IMG/VR virus record: IMGVR_UViG_3300050161_000042
Span: 1-64,000 of that record
DNA: 64,000 nt
Direction: 5' to 3' (one strand)
Origin: a virus
Lineage: Duplodnaviria > Caudoviricetes
Under the pieces are notes generated by a model. It was not told where the DNA came from. It did not search any database and saw nothing but the letters and a program-made list of their open reading frames with translations. Of the stretch, positions 42,983-53,275 are shown one piece after another (position 1 is the stretch's first letter; each line of letters starts with the position of its first letter). The translations under genes and the position numbers were made by a program.

Positions 42983-45253
42983 ATGGCTGCAACAGTATTA
43001 TATACAAGACAAATAGGTGATGGTCAGATTACAGCGGTTAAAATTGCTGCTGCTGCTGGTATTGAAACATCAAAATTAGCAGATGGTTCAAACTTTATTC
43101 AAAGAAATGGTTCTGTAGCATTTACAGCTAACCAATCTATGGGTACGTTTAAACTTACTAATCTTGGTGCTGGTACTGCTGCATCTAATGATGCCGCTAG
43201 AATGGCAGACTTGACAAATTTTGCTGTAACAACTGGTACTTTAGCTCAGTTTGCTGCTACTACATCAGCACAACTTGCTGGTATTATTTCAGACGAAACT
43301 GGTACAGGATCGCTAGTATTTAGTGCTTCTCCTACCTTTACCGGAACTCCGTTAGCTCCAACTGCCGCTGCCGCTACAAATACAACTCAGATTGCTACAA
43401 CTGCGTTCGTAAGGACAGAAGTTTCTAACTTAATCAATGGTGCCCCAGGTGCCCTTGATACTCTAGTTGAACTAGCAACAGCACTAGGTAATGATCCTAA
43501 TTTTGCTTCAACTATTACAACAAGCTTAGCTGGTAAAGAGCCAACCATTACTGCTGGTACTACAGCACAATATTGGAGAGGTGATAAAACTTGGCAGACA
43601 CTTGATAAGACTGCCGTTGGACTTGGTAACGTTGATAATACTTCTGACGTTAATAAGCCAGTTAGTACTGCAACACAGAATGCCCTAAACTTAGTAACAG
43701 CAAAAGCTGTAGTTGCTACTACTACTTCTGCTAATATTACATTATCTGGTGAACAAACAATTAATGGATTTTTAACATCAGCTTCTAGAATTCTGGTTAA
43801 AGACCAAACAACAGCTACACAAAATGGTATTTATGTTACTGGTGCTGGTGCTTGGACAAGAGCTACAGACTTTGATGCATGGACTGAAATTCCTGGTGCT
43901 ACAGTTTGGGTTGTTGGTGGTACATTAGCTAATACTGGTTGGGTTAATACAAATACAACTGGTGGTACTTTAGGTAGCACTAACATTACATTCGCCCAAA
44001 GTGCTGGTACTGGAACATATGAACCAGTTATCACAGCGGGAACTACATCTCAGTACTGGAGAGGGGATAAGACATTCCAAACCCTTAACACCGCTGCTGT
44101 AGCTGAATCGTCTAACCTTTACTTTACTAATGCAAGAGCTATTACTTCAACATTAACAGGCTATACTTCGGGTGCTGGTACAATCTCTGCATCAGATACA
44201 ATCATTGGGGCGATTCAAAAGCTAAATGGTAACGTAACTGCCCTGACAACAACAAACGTTGCAGAAGGAACTAACCTTTACTTTACAACAGCTAGAGTTC
44301 TAGCAACCGCCCTAACTGGTTATACAGTTGGTGCTAATTCTGCTTTAGCAGCAACAGATACTGTACTTGGTGCCTTTGGTAAAGTACAAGGACAAATCAA
44401 TGCTAAAGAAGGTACAATCACTTCCGGTACTACAAGCCAGTATTGGAGAGGTGACAAGACTTTCGTTACTCTGGATAGTTCGGTTGTAACAGAAAATACT
44501 AATCTATACTTTACAAACGCTAGGGCAATTGGTTCAACCCTTACTGGATATACATCCGGTGCTGGAACGATCACATCGTCAGATACAGTACTTTCAGCTA
44601 TTCAAAAGTTAAACGGTAATACAGCCGCTCTTTCTACTACAAACGTGAGTGAAGGTACAAATCTTTACTTTACTACTGCTAGAGTATTAGCGACTGCCCT
44701 AACAGGTTTTGCTGTTGGATCAAACGCTACAATTGCTGCTACTGACACTGTTCTTGGAGCTTTCGGTAAAACTCAGGCTCAGATCAACGCTAAAGAAAAC
44801 ACTATAACAGCAGGTACTACGGCTCAATACTGGAGAGGAGATAAATCTTTCCAAACATTGGATACATCAGCAGTTCCAGAAAACGGTAATCTATACTTTA
44901 CAAATGCTAGAGCTATAGGTGCTACATTAACTGGTTATACATCTGGTGCTGGTACAGTTGCTGCTACAGATAGCATACTTCAAGCTATTCAGAAGTTAAA
45001 TGGTAATATCGCAGGTATTATTGCTTCTTCTACAGTTTTCGTAACTAGAGAAACACCATCTGGTTCGGTTAACGGTTCAAATACAACGTTTACGTTAGCC
45101 TTCACTCCTATAGCGGGGTCGGAAGAATTGTACTTAAATGGCATGATGATGGAACCAGGAGCAGGAAATGATTATACCATATCTGGGGCGACTATAACTA
45201 TGTTAACAGCACCAACAACAGGTGAAAAGATTAGAGTTAACTACAGAAGATAA
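42983..45253 (+). CDS. tail fibre protein with 129-aa tandem repeats (756 aa)
   Basis: QYWRGDK...NLYFTNARA...QKLNGN units; APGALDTL.ELA.ALGNDPNF motif. Confidence 0.8.
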   Translation: MAATVLYTRQIGDGQITAVKIAAAAGIETSKLADGSNFIQRNGSVAFTANQSMGTFKLTNLGAGTAASNDAARMADLTNFAVTTGTLAQFAATTSAQLAGIISDETGTGSLVFSASPTFTGTPLAPTAAAATNTTQIATTAFVRTEVSNLINGAPGALDTLVELATALGNDPNFASTITTSLAGKEPTITAGTTAQYWRGDKTWQTLDKTAVGLGNVDNTSDVNKPVSTATQNALNLVTAKAVVATTTSANITLSGEQTINGFLTSASRILVKDQTTATQNGIYVTGAGAWTRATDFDAWTEIPGATVWVVGGTLANTGWVNTNTTGGTLGSTNITFAQSAGTGTYEPVITAGTTSQYWRGDKTFQTLNTAAVAESSNLYFTNARAITSTLTGYTSGAGTISASDTIIGAIQKLNGNVTALTTTNVAEGTNLYFTTARVLATALTGYTVGANSALAATDTVLGAFGKVQGQINAKEGTITSGTTSQYWRGDKTFVTLDSSVVTENTNLYFTNARAIGSTLTGYTSGAGTITSSDTVLSAIQKLNGNTAALSTTNVSEGTNLYFTTARVLATALTGFAVGSNATIAATDTVLGAFGKTQAQINAKENTITAGTTAQYWRGDKSFQTLDTSAVPENGNLYFTNARAIGATLTGYTSGAGTVAATDSILQAIQKLNGNIAGIIASSTVFVTRETPSGSVNGSNTTFTLAFTPIAGSEELYLNGMMMEPGAGNDYTISGATITMLTAPTTGEKIRVNYRR
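44021..45005 (+). repeat. 387-bp in-frame tandem repeat, ~2.5 copies
   Basis: Unit starts at 44021, 44408 and 44795. Confidence 0.85.
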
Positions 45254-45256
45254 TAG

Positions 45257-47746
45257 ATGCCAGCAACACTGTTTCAAACAAGACAACTAACAGACAACTT
45301 GATTATAAATACCAAGTTGTCTGATATGGTTTCACAGACAATAAAAGGAAGAGTAACAGCAGGAACAGGAGATCCAGAAGATCTTACTTCTACGCAAGTT
45401 CGCTCTATTCTTGGTTTATCTACAACTGATGTTGTACAGTTTGGAAATCTAAATAGTAAAAATTTTAGTATTGCTGTTCCTACTACTATAAATGATGGTA
45501 TTGATATTTGTACAATTACTAATGGTAATTATGCAACTTGTATAAATATTGATTTCTGTGTTCATGATAGCGGATTTGCTATCTCTAAAAAGTACACATT
45601 TGCAGCGTTCTACAATGATACTAATAATGTTTGGTTTAAGCTTGTTCCTATAAGTTCTAGTGGTGCTTATGGTGGAAATGATTGTGAACTAGATATAAAA
45701 ACTAGTACTAATACAACAACAATCAGATTTAGAAGAACAGCAGGATCTGGTGGAGGAACTGGTAGATTTTCTGTTTCTGTGGGTGGAGATCCTTCTGGTA
45801 CAACAATAGCAAGTTCTAGCACAACATATACAGCTATTAGTGGTTTATCAGATTACAATCAAACTGCCACAACAACTTTAGGTGGTAATGTAGGAATTGG
45901 AATTGGTGTTCCTACCTCAAAGTTACATGTTGTTGGAACAACTTCTACATCAACTTTATTTTGCCCTGGCAATAATAGTTACATAAATACAGCAGACGAT
46001 AATTACCTAGGTGGAGTTACTTATTTTCGTAGTAAAGGTGGCGGCGGTAATAAACTTAGTATAGATGGACCAACTGGTAACTTAAATTCCGCAGGAGCTT
46101 TTTTAGTAGTAGGAAATATAGTATCTTTAGCAACAGTACAGGGTGCTATAGGATACTTTACTGGTGCTGACAGTACATATGTGGGAAAGTTTTCTGGGAC
46201 TTCATACGGATTAAGAATGCTTTCCGTAGCAAGTACTGGATTTTATGTCGAGGCTGTTGATCCCACATTCGCTTCTACATATCAACCACTTATTCTTGGT
46301 GGTTCTGCGATTACTTTAAATCAAAATACTACGATTGTTGGAACAATAAAAAATACATCTGCTTCTAGTGCTTTAAATAATGGATATAGAGCAGCATTTG
46401 GGATAGCAGCAAGAATTATTGGCACTACAGCACCAGAGTTTGAACTCTGGCATGATGGTCAAAGCGTAGGGCAATTTAAGTATGATACAGGCGTATTGAA
46501 ATATGGAACACACGGAGGAGGTGGTACTCCTAGTTTTACAATGCTTTCGGTTGCTCCAACTGCATTGGTGTTTAATCACTATGGACAAAGCGGTGCTATT
46601 GAAATAAGTACTGGTGGTATTGCTGGTACTGTGGCGTCTCCTTTAAATATGGAATTGTTATTTAGAGGATACGGAACACCTAAAGCTAAAATAAGTTGCC
46701 CAGAAGTATCTGGTAATTATGGAACGACACACTTAGCTTTCTTTGTTGAAAATTCTTCTAATGTTTTGACTGAATCACTTAGACTTGCTAGACTAACTGG
46801 TAATCTATTAGTACAAACAGTAGCAGACGCTGGAAATTCCCTAAGTGTTGCAACATATGGCAGTGCTTCAACTAATAAAAAACTTGTTTACTTTAGACAA
46901 GCAGACGATAGTGGATATACGTGGAACTTAGATACTAGTACAACTGGTGATATGTTTCTTAGGGCGGTTAATACTGGTTCAGAAAACTCAACGCCGATGA
47001 TGACGTTTTCAAGAGCAAACAATAATGTAAAAATACAAGAGCTTATTGTTGGATCAACTGTAAAAATAATAACTTCTGGATCTGGGGCTGTTCTTCGTAG
47101 TAGTACCACAAATATTTTAGAAGTAAGAAATAGCACAAATACAGCTATGGGAGATATGTATTGTGGTCGTGCTGTAGTTAATTACCTAGATGTAGAATAT
47201 AGAAATTTTACTTTAATAGATCCAGCTAATGATGAAGTAACTACAATTGAAATAGATGATGGAGCTTTAACGGTTAATCAAACAACTTATGGTTTGAGAA
47301 CTATAAGTTATGTTGGTCACACTCATACACTATCTAACTTAACTCAATCTGGAGCTACATCAAACCAAGTTCCACAATGGAATGGTTCAGCTTGGGTTCC
47401 TGTAACATTATCTAGTGGTGGTTTAACATGGACTATAGTTACAGCAGATGGTGCTATGTCACCTTCTAATGGATATATAGCTAATAAGGGTACATTACTA
47501 ACAATGTCACTTCCTACAACTTGTGCGACGGGAACTATCATAAGACTGTCTGGTATGAATGCTGGTCTATGGAAAATTTCACAAGCAGCGGGGCAATCTA
47601 TTAAGTTCGGAAATCAGTCAACAACAGCAGGAACTGGTGGATATCTAGCTAGTGTATTAACTTATGACGCAGTAGAATTGATCTGTATTGTAGCGAATAC
47701 TACATGGATGGTAATTTCATCCGTAGGTAATATTACGGTGGTGTAA
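45257..47746 (+). CDS. tail fibre/receptor-binding protein (829 aa)
   Basis: GNVGIGIG.PTSKLHVVG motif, HTHT motif, Gly/Thr-rich. Confidence 0.75.
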   Translation: MPATLFQTRQLTDNLIINTKLSDMVSQTIKGRVTAGTGDPEDLTSTQVRSILGLSTTDVVQFGNLNSKNFSIAVPTTINDGIDICTITNGNYATCINIDFCVHDSGFAISKKYTFAAFYNDTNNVWFKLVPISSSGAYGGNDCELDIKTSTNTTTIRFRRTAGSGGGTGRFSVSVGGDPSGTTIASSSTTYTAISGLSDYNQTATTTLGGNVGIGIGVPTSKLHVVGTTSTSTLFCPGNNSYINTADDNYLGGVTYFRSKGGGGNKLSIDGPTGNLNSAGAFLVVGNIVSLATVQGAIGYFTGADSTYVGKFSGTSYGLRMLSVASTGFYVEAVDPTFASTYQPLILGGSAITLNQNTTIVGTIKNTSASSALNNGYRAAFGIAARIIGTTAPEFELWHDGQSVGQFKYDTGVLKYGTHGGGGTPSFTMLSVAPTALVFNHYGQSGAIEISTGGIAGTVASPLNMELLFRGYGTPKAKISCPEVSGNYGTTHLAFFVENSSNVLTESLRLARLTGNLLVQTVADAGNSLSVATYGSASTNKKLVYFRQADDSGYTWNLDTSTTGDMFLRAVNTGSENSTPMMTFSRANNNVKIQELIVGSTVKIITSGSGAVLRSSTTNILEVRNSTNTAMGDMYCGRAVVNYLDVEYRNFTLIDPANDEVTTIEIDDGALTVNQTTYGLRTISYVGHTHTLSNLTQSGATSNQVPQWNGSAWVPVTLSSGGLTWTIVTADGAMSPSNGYIANKGTLLTMSLPTTCATGTIIRLSGMNAGLWKISQAAGQSIKFGNQSTTAGTGGYLASVLTYDAVELICIVANTTWMVISSVGNITVV

Positions 47747-48450
47747 TGGGATCATTTACAGGATCATCAATTACTGGAGTTTCTAGTATTTATTTTTGTG
47801 ATATGCCTAATATAGATGGCTTAGTGCTTAAATTAGATGCTAGTAGTATTTCGGCAAATGATGGAGACGCATTAACTGTTTGGAAAGATGTTAGTGGTAA
47901 TGCTTATAATGCTACACCAGTTACTGGTTCGCCTGTTTACAAAACAAATATATTGAATGGTAAACCAATAGTAAGATTTACAGCCTCAAATACAGATGGT
48001 ATGAGATCTATTGTTCCCGTTTCAAGTACATATACATTATTTTCTGTGGCTAGGATGAGAGACTTATCAAGCCCAGGAAGAATCATAGCTTCTATCTATC
48101 CAGAAAAAGCTAACTACTTAGCTGGATGGTGGGGAGGATACGAAAGCACTTTTTATGCAGAAGGTTGGGTAAAAAGTGGTACTGTCTCAGTTACAACTAA
48201 CTGGCATCAATATACTACAAAGGGCGATGGTACTACAAGTACGTTTTATGAATCTGGTACATCACTAGCTTCAAATACTGCTGGAGTAAGTAGCCCAAAT
48301 GGTGGTATTGCCCTATCAGGTTATGCTCTTGCTTCAAGTACAGAAATGTCAAATTGTGATATAGCGGAAGTAATCCTTTATAATAGGGTACTTTCAGATA
48401 CAGAAAGAGGATCAATAGAATCTTACTTATTAAGTAAATACGGACTATAA
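47746..48450 (+). CDS. LamG/concanavalin A-like lectin domain protein (234 aa)
   Basis: LKLDASS...WKDVSGN...LNGKPIVRF...IAEVILYNRVLS...IESYL..KYG. Confidence 0.8.
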   Translation: MGSFTGSSITGVSSIYFCDMPNIDGLVLKLDASSISANDGDALTVWKDVSGNAYNATPVTGSPVYKTNILNGKPIVRFTASNTDGMRSIVPVSSTYTLFSVARMRDLSSPGRIIASIYPEKANYLAGWWGGYESTFYAEGWVKSGTVSVTTNWHQYTTKGDGTTSTFYESGTSLASNTAGVSSPNGGIALSGYALASSTEMSNCDIAEVILYNRVLSDTERGSIESYLLSKYGL

Positions 48451-48451
48451 C

Positions 48452-51400
48452 ATGGCTCAGAATTCAGTAAATTTAAAAGCAACAAATAACTCAGACGGTT
48501 TTGATGTAGCTGGTGGAACAACAACCAGAAAGCTTACAATAACTGGGGGCGATTCTACGTTAAATGGTTCTGGATCAGCTACGCATACTTTTCCTAGTAC
48601 ATCTTCTACTCTAGCTAGAATTGATGCTGGTCAAACATTTACCGGAACTCAAATATTTTCTAGCGTTATTACTGGATCGATAAGCGGTAATGCTGGAACA
48701 GCAACTACACTACAAACTGCAAGAGCAATATACGGGAATAATTTTGATGGTAGTGCTGCCCTAGCTCAAATCATAGCTAGTACATTTGGTGGAACTGGTA
48801 ATGGTTTTACTAAGTTTGCAGGTCCAACAACAGCAGAAAAAACTAAGACACTAAGAGATGCAAATGATACAATTCTTGAATTAGGTGGATCATACACGCC
48901 GACTGGAACTTGGACATCTTTAACTCTAGTTACTCCAGTACTTGGAACGCCAGTATCTGGTAACTTTTCTACTGGTACATTTACTTGGCCCACATTTAAT
49001 CAAAGCACTACTGGTAATGCAGCAACTGCAACAGCTTTACAAACCGCTAGAACTATCAATGGAGTATCATTTAATGGTACTGCTAATATAACAGTACCCG
49101 CTGCCGGTTCTACTCTTACAGATACTGTTCCTGTAGGTAAAGGAGGAACTGGCTTAACCGCCATAGGAACTTCGCTACAAGTATTAAGAACTAATTCAAC
49201 TGCTACAGGTTTAGAGTGGGCAACAATATCTTCTGGTAGCGGTACTGTTACATCTATTACACTTACACAACCAGCCGCTGGTTTAACAATTACTGGAACT
49301 GGTACTGCAATAACATCTACTGGTACTCCTACTTTTGCTCTAGCTAACGATTTAGCTGCCGTGGAAGGATTAGCTACTACAGGTATTGTAAGAAGAACTG
49401 CTACAGATACATGGACAGCAGGAACGGCGGTTTCGTTATCAACAGAAGTAACTGGAAATCTACCTGTTACTAATCTAGGATCTGGTACTGGTGCTTCTTC
49501 TTCTACATTCTGGAGAGGAGACGGAACTTGGGCTACTCCTGGTGGTGGAGGAAACGTATCTAACTCTGGTACTCCTACAGCAGGACAAGCAGCAGAATGG
49601 ACTAGCTCTACAGTTATACAAGGCGTTGCCGTAACTGGTACTGGTAACTATGTAAAAGCTACTTCTCCAACACTTACTACTCCTACTTTAGGTGTTGCTT
49701 CTGCTACTACAATAAATAAAGTCACGATAACGGCCCCAACTACTTCTGCTACATTAACAATAGCTGACGGTGCAACACTTACTGCATCTGCTACTGCGTC
49801 AGTAAGTGGAACCAACACTGGTGATAATGCCGTAAACAGTTTATACTCAGGTCTTGTAAGTAATGCGACACACACAGGAGATGCGACTGGTGCTACAGCT
49901 TTAACTGTTGTTAGAATCAATGGAGTTGCCCTAAGTGGTCTAGCTACAGGTCTTCTTAAGAATACAACAAGTACTGGCGTTCCTAGTATAGCTGTAGCTG
50001 GTACTGATTACATAGTTCCAGGTGGTGCTTTAGGTACTCCTTCAAGTGGTACTTTAACAAACGTAAGTGGACTTCCTATATCAGGAATTTCTGGTTTAGG
50101 TACTGGTGTAGCTACAGCTTTAGCCGCAGCAGTAACTGGTTCTGGTGGTATTGTTTTAGCTACAAGTCCAACACTAACTACTCCAGTGCTTGGTGTTGCT
50201 TCTGCTACTACAATTAATAAAGTAACTATTACTGCTCCAGCAACTGGATCAACCTTAACTATAGTAGATGGTGCAACATTAACCGCATCAGCTACTGCTT
50301 CAGTAAGCGGCACAAACACAGGAGATCAAACTACGGTTTCTGGAAATGCAGGTACGGCAACAGCCCTACAAACAGCAAGAACTATAAATGGTGTTTCGTT
50401 TAATGGAACAGCAAATATAACAGTTCCAGCGGCTGGTTCAACACTCACTGATACAGTTACTGTAGCAAAAGGAGGAACTGGATTAACAGCCCTCGGTACT
50501 TCACTTCAAGTCTTAAGAACAAATGCAGCAGCAACAGCTATGGAATGGGCTACTGTAGGTGGAAGTGGAACTGTTACATCAATAACACTAACTCAACCAG
50601 CGGCTGGATTGACTATAACTGGTACAGGTACAGCTATTACCACAACAGGTACTCCAACATTCGCCCTAGCTAATGACTTAGCCGCTGTCGAAGGATTGGC
50701 TACTACTGGTATAGTAAGAAGAACAGCAACAGATACATGGTCTGCTGGTACTGCCGTATCACTTGCTACAGAAGTTACAGGCAATCTTCCAGTAACTAAT
50801 CTAAACTCTGGGACATCAGCATCATCTACGACATTCTGGTGTGGTAATGGTACATGGGCAACACCATCTGGAGGTAGCGGTGGTGTTACTAAAGTTATTA
50901 ACGTGTTTACATCTTCTGGTACTTGGACAAAGCCAGCTAATGCTAAGCTTGTACATATTGAAGTTATAACCCCAGGGCAAAGTGGGTATGGTGGTGGTAG
51001 ATACAAAAATAATCCACTAGGGACAAATTCATACGATGGAGGAAGAGGTGGAGTTCCAGGTTCTATTCTAAGAATGATGAATTTGGACGCTACAGCTTTG
51101 GGATCGACTGAAACAGTAACTGTTGGTGCTTCAAGTACTCCAGGGGCAGCTAATGCTACAACAGCTAATCCTAGTGCCCCAACAAATCCAGGTAATTCAT
51201 CTTTTGGTGTTTATAGAGCTTTATTCAATACAGAGCCAGGAGCACAGTTAGCTGGATCATTATATGCAGCAGACAAATCTGGTAATGGTGGAAGTGGTGT
51301 TAATAGCTTATCAGGTTTAGGTGGTGCTGGAAGCAGTAGTGCTGGACCAGGAAATACTCCAGTTACAAGTCTAAGATTTGCATCATCCGGTGGTGGTGGT

Positions 51401-51772
51401 GGTGCTGGAGTAACAGGTTCTGCCGCAGCAAATGGTGGTGCTGGTGGAATCATAGCAACAGCTTGTGGTGCAGATCCAACTGGTGCTTTTGTTAATGAAA
51501 GATTTTTAAACAGTAATGCCGCAGGCGGTACTACTGGTGGAACTAAAACAGGATCTAATGGGACACAGGTGGCAGGAATGTATATTGGTTATGGTGGTGG
51601 TGGTGGAGCTTCTTCATTCGGGTCAGCAGCGGGTGCTGGTGGTAATGGTGGAGGATATGGATCAGGCGGTGGTGGTGGTGGAGCTTGTGCTGGTACTGGA
51701 ACTTATAATTCTGGTGCTGGTGGACAAGGCGGACCTGGGATAGTGGTCGTAATCACGGAGTCATGGACATAA
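48452..51772 (+). CDS. Thr/Gly-rich tail fibre with internal duplications and Gly-rich C-terminal domain (1106 aa)
   Basis: LQTARTINGVSFNGTANIT module twice; FTSSGTWTKP Gly-rich tip. Confidence 0.8.
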   Translation: MAQNSVNLKATNNSDGFDVAGGTTTRKLTITGGDSTLNGSGSATHTFPSTSSTLARIDAGQTFTGTQIFSSVITGSISGNAGTATTLQTARAIYGNNFDGSAALAQIIASTFGGTGNGFTKFAGPTTAEKTKTLRDANDTILELGGSYTPTGTWTSLTLVTPVLGTPVSGNFSTGTFTWPTFNQSTTGNAATATALQTARTINGVSFNGTANITVPAAGSTLTDTVPVGKGGTGLTAIGTSLQVLRTNSTATGLEWATISSGSGTVTSITLTQPAAGLTITGTGTAITSTGTPTFALANDLAAVEGLATTGIVRRTATDTWTAGTAVSLSTEVTGNLPVTNLGSGTGASSSTFWRGDGTWATPGGGGNVSNSGTPTAGQAAEWTSSTVIQGVAVTGTGNYVKATSPTLTTPTLGVASATTINKVTITAPTTSATLTIADGATLTASATASVSGTNTGDNAVNSLYSGLVSNATHTGDATGATALTVVRINGVALSGLATGLLKNTTSTGVPSIAVAGTDYIVPGGALGTPSSGTLTNVSGLPISGISGLGTGVATALAAAVTGSGGIVLATSPTLTTPVLGVASATTINKVTITAPATGSTLTIVDGATLTASATASVSGTNTGDQTTVSGNAGTATALQTARTINGVSFNGTANITVPAAGSTLTDTVTVAKGGTGLTALGTSLQVLRTNAAATAMEWATVGGSGTVTSITLTQPAAGLTITGTGTAITTTGTPTFALANDLAAVEGLATTGIVRRTATDTWSAGTAVSLATEVTGNLPVTNLNSGTSASSTTFWCGNGTWATPSGGSGGVTKVINVFTSSGTWTKPANAKLVHIEVITPGQSGYGGGRYKNNPLGTNSYDGGRGGVPGSILRMMNLDATALGSTETVTVGASSTPGAANATTANPSAPTNPGNSSFGVYRALFNTEPGAQLAGSLYAADKSGNGGSGVNSLSGLGGAGSSSAGPGNTPVTSLRFASSGGGGGAGVTGSAAANGGAGGIIATACGADPTGAFVNERFLNSNAAGGTTGGTKTGSNGTQVAGMYIGYGGGGGASSFGSAAGAGGNGGGYGSGGGGGGACAGTGTYNSGAGGQGGPGIVVVITESWT

Positions 51773-52458
51773 TGAAACTATTAGTAGTAACTCCGTACCA
51801 TAGAAATATCTGCGAAGAAACAGAAAACCTTTTAAAATATTTAGAAACTAAGTACACTGTCTGGAGGGCAAGCAATTGTTCGGCTATAGATATGTGTAGG
51901 TCAATGATTGCCAGTTTCGCCCTAGATAATCACTATGATGCAATTCTCTGGATAGATAGTGATATAGAAGTTTCAAATGAAGATATAGACGAATTTATCT
52001 TGAACTATGAAAGCCTAGGAAGATATAGTTTCTTCTTTGCTCCATATTTAAGAAAAGATGCAAACTTTGCCGCTCTCACACTAACAGAAAACGGATACAA
52101 ACATCAATATTTAAAAAATTATAGATATTGTGATACAGAGGGATGTGGATTTGGGTGTACATTATTAGGTGTAGATGTATTGAATACAATCAAAGATACA
52201 TACAAAATGAAAAGATGTATGTCTGCTGATTACACTTGTTTCCTACCTTTCTTTATTCCTATGGTTATAGAGAAGAATATTGATGGAGTAGAAGTACCAG
52301 GGACATATTTTACCGAAGACTACGCTTTTTGTCATAGGGCAAAATCCTGCGGAATAAATATTACTACTGACAGAAAACCAAAGGTGATACATATTGGAGA
52401 GACCAAACTTGTCTTACCAAAAATTGACGATTTTTATGGATTACAAAGTGAAGTATGA
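51763..52458 (+). CDS. GT-A fold glycosyltransferase-like protein (~230 aa)
   Basis: LWIDSD (DxD), GFGCTLL, EDYAFC.RA, HIG. Confidence 0.8.
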   Translation: MDIMKLLVVTPYHRNICEETENLLKYLETKYTVWRASNCSAIDMCRSMIASFALDNHYDAILWIDSDIEVSNEDIDEFILNYESLGRYSFFFAPYLRKDANFAALTLTENGYKHQYLKNYRYCDTEGCGFGCTLLGVDVLNTIKDTYKMKRCMSADYTCFLPFFIPMVIEKNIDGVEVPGTYFTEDYAFCHRAKSCGINITTDRKPKVIHIGETKLVLPKIDDFYGLQSEV

Positions 52459-52847
52459 TTTACTCAATAGTTAAAGATGGAAAAACCATAAACATAATTG
52501 AATGGGATGGAGTTACAGAGCTTAAGCTACCAGAAGGGGAAACTCTAGTTCCACAAGATCAAGCTCCAGAATATTCGCCCAAAGTAGAAAATTATCATAT
52601 TCCTAGTACAATTACTCCTGCTCAATTAAGAATTTGGCTAGTGAGAAATGGGCTAAGTATGAATACTATTGAGATGTTACTTAATAGTATGAAGGATGAA
52701 AAGAAACGTGAGGAAGCTAAGATTAGATGGGAATTTGGACTAAGTATTGGTATTGAGGATCAAATTTTTAAATTGCTTGGTGGCTTTATGATCTTAACAG
52801 ATGCTCAAAAAGAACAGATAATGATAGAAGCGTCAAGAATAGTTTAA
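52455..52847 (+). CDS. putative fibre assembly chaperone (130 aa)
   Basis: ITPAQLRIWL..NG pattern; follows the last fibre and the GT. Confidence 0.55.
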   Translation: MIYSIVKDGKTINIIEWDGVTELKLPEGETLVPQDQAPEYSPKVENYHIPSTITPAQLRIWLVRNGLSMNTIEMLLNSMKDEKKREEAKIRWEFGLSIGIEDQIFKLLGGFMILTDAQKEQIMIEASRIV

Positions 52848-52848
52848 A

Positions 52849-52857
52849 GTGTATAGT
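52849..52857 (+). promoter_or_regulatory. late promoter motif variant GTGTATAGT
   Basis: Intergenic before ATG 52890. Confidence 0.55.
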
Positions 52858-52889
52858 AGTTTTAGATTATAATGACTAAGAGGTAAATT

Positions 52890-53105
52890 ATGAGCCAAAA
52901 ATTCGCAAAAAACCAAACTGCACACCCAACTAGCTATAACAAGACTTTTAATGGTTCTATTGTTATTGGTTCTGGTAAAGGCAGAAACGTAGTAGATCAA
53001 TTTTCAGACGAGAAAGTTGTAGCACATCCAAAAACAAATTCGCCCATTGCCACATCGACTAGACCAGTTTCTATTCCTGCCGGTAGTGGAGTGTATCTCG
53101 TATAG
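52890..53105 (+). CDS. hypothetical protein (71 aa)
   Basis: GAGGT RBS. Confidence 0.65.
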   Translation: MSQKFAKNQTAHPTSYNKTFNGSIVIGSGKGRNVVDQFSDEKVVAHPKTNSPIATSTRPVSIPAGSGVYLV

Positions 53106-53275
53106 AATCTATTAGATTCACTTGATAACAACGGTTATATCCTTGATAGAACCGCTCTTGTATCGAAGTTCAATCCAATTGATTCTTGGGACTTCCAACC
53201 TAACATGTCTTATTTATAGCAGAAAGTTGCCCCAAAAGTAATTCCAATTTATTCTTTCTTTAAAAGATTTGAAAA

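Noticed and set aside
35982-52847. Diversity-generating retroelement acting on fibre tips
   Set aside because: No reverse transcriptase and no near-identical TR/VR pair differing at adenines was seen in the window; repeats differ at synonymous sites
53103-53219. Amber readthrough of gene 52890 (frame stays open 37 codons after TAG)
   Set aside because: An open stretch this long can occur by chance; no suppressor tRNA with a canonical CUA loop was found; other genes end normally at TAG
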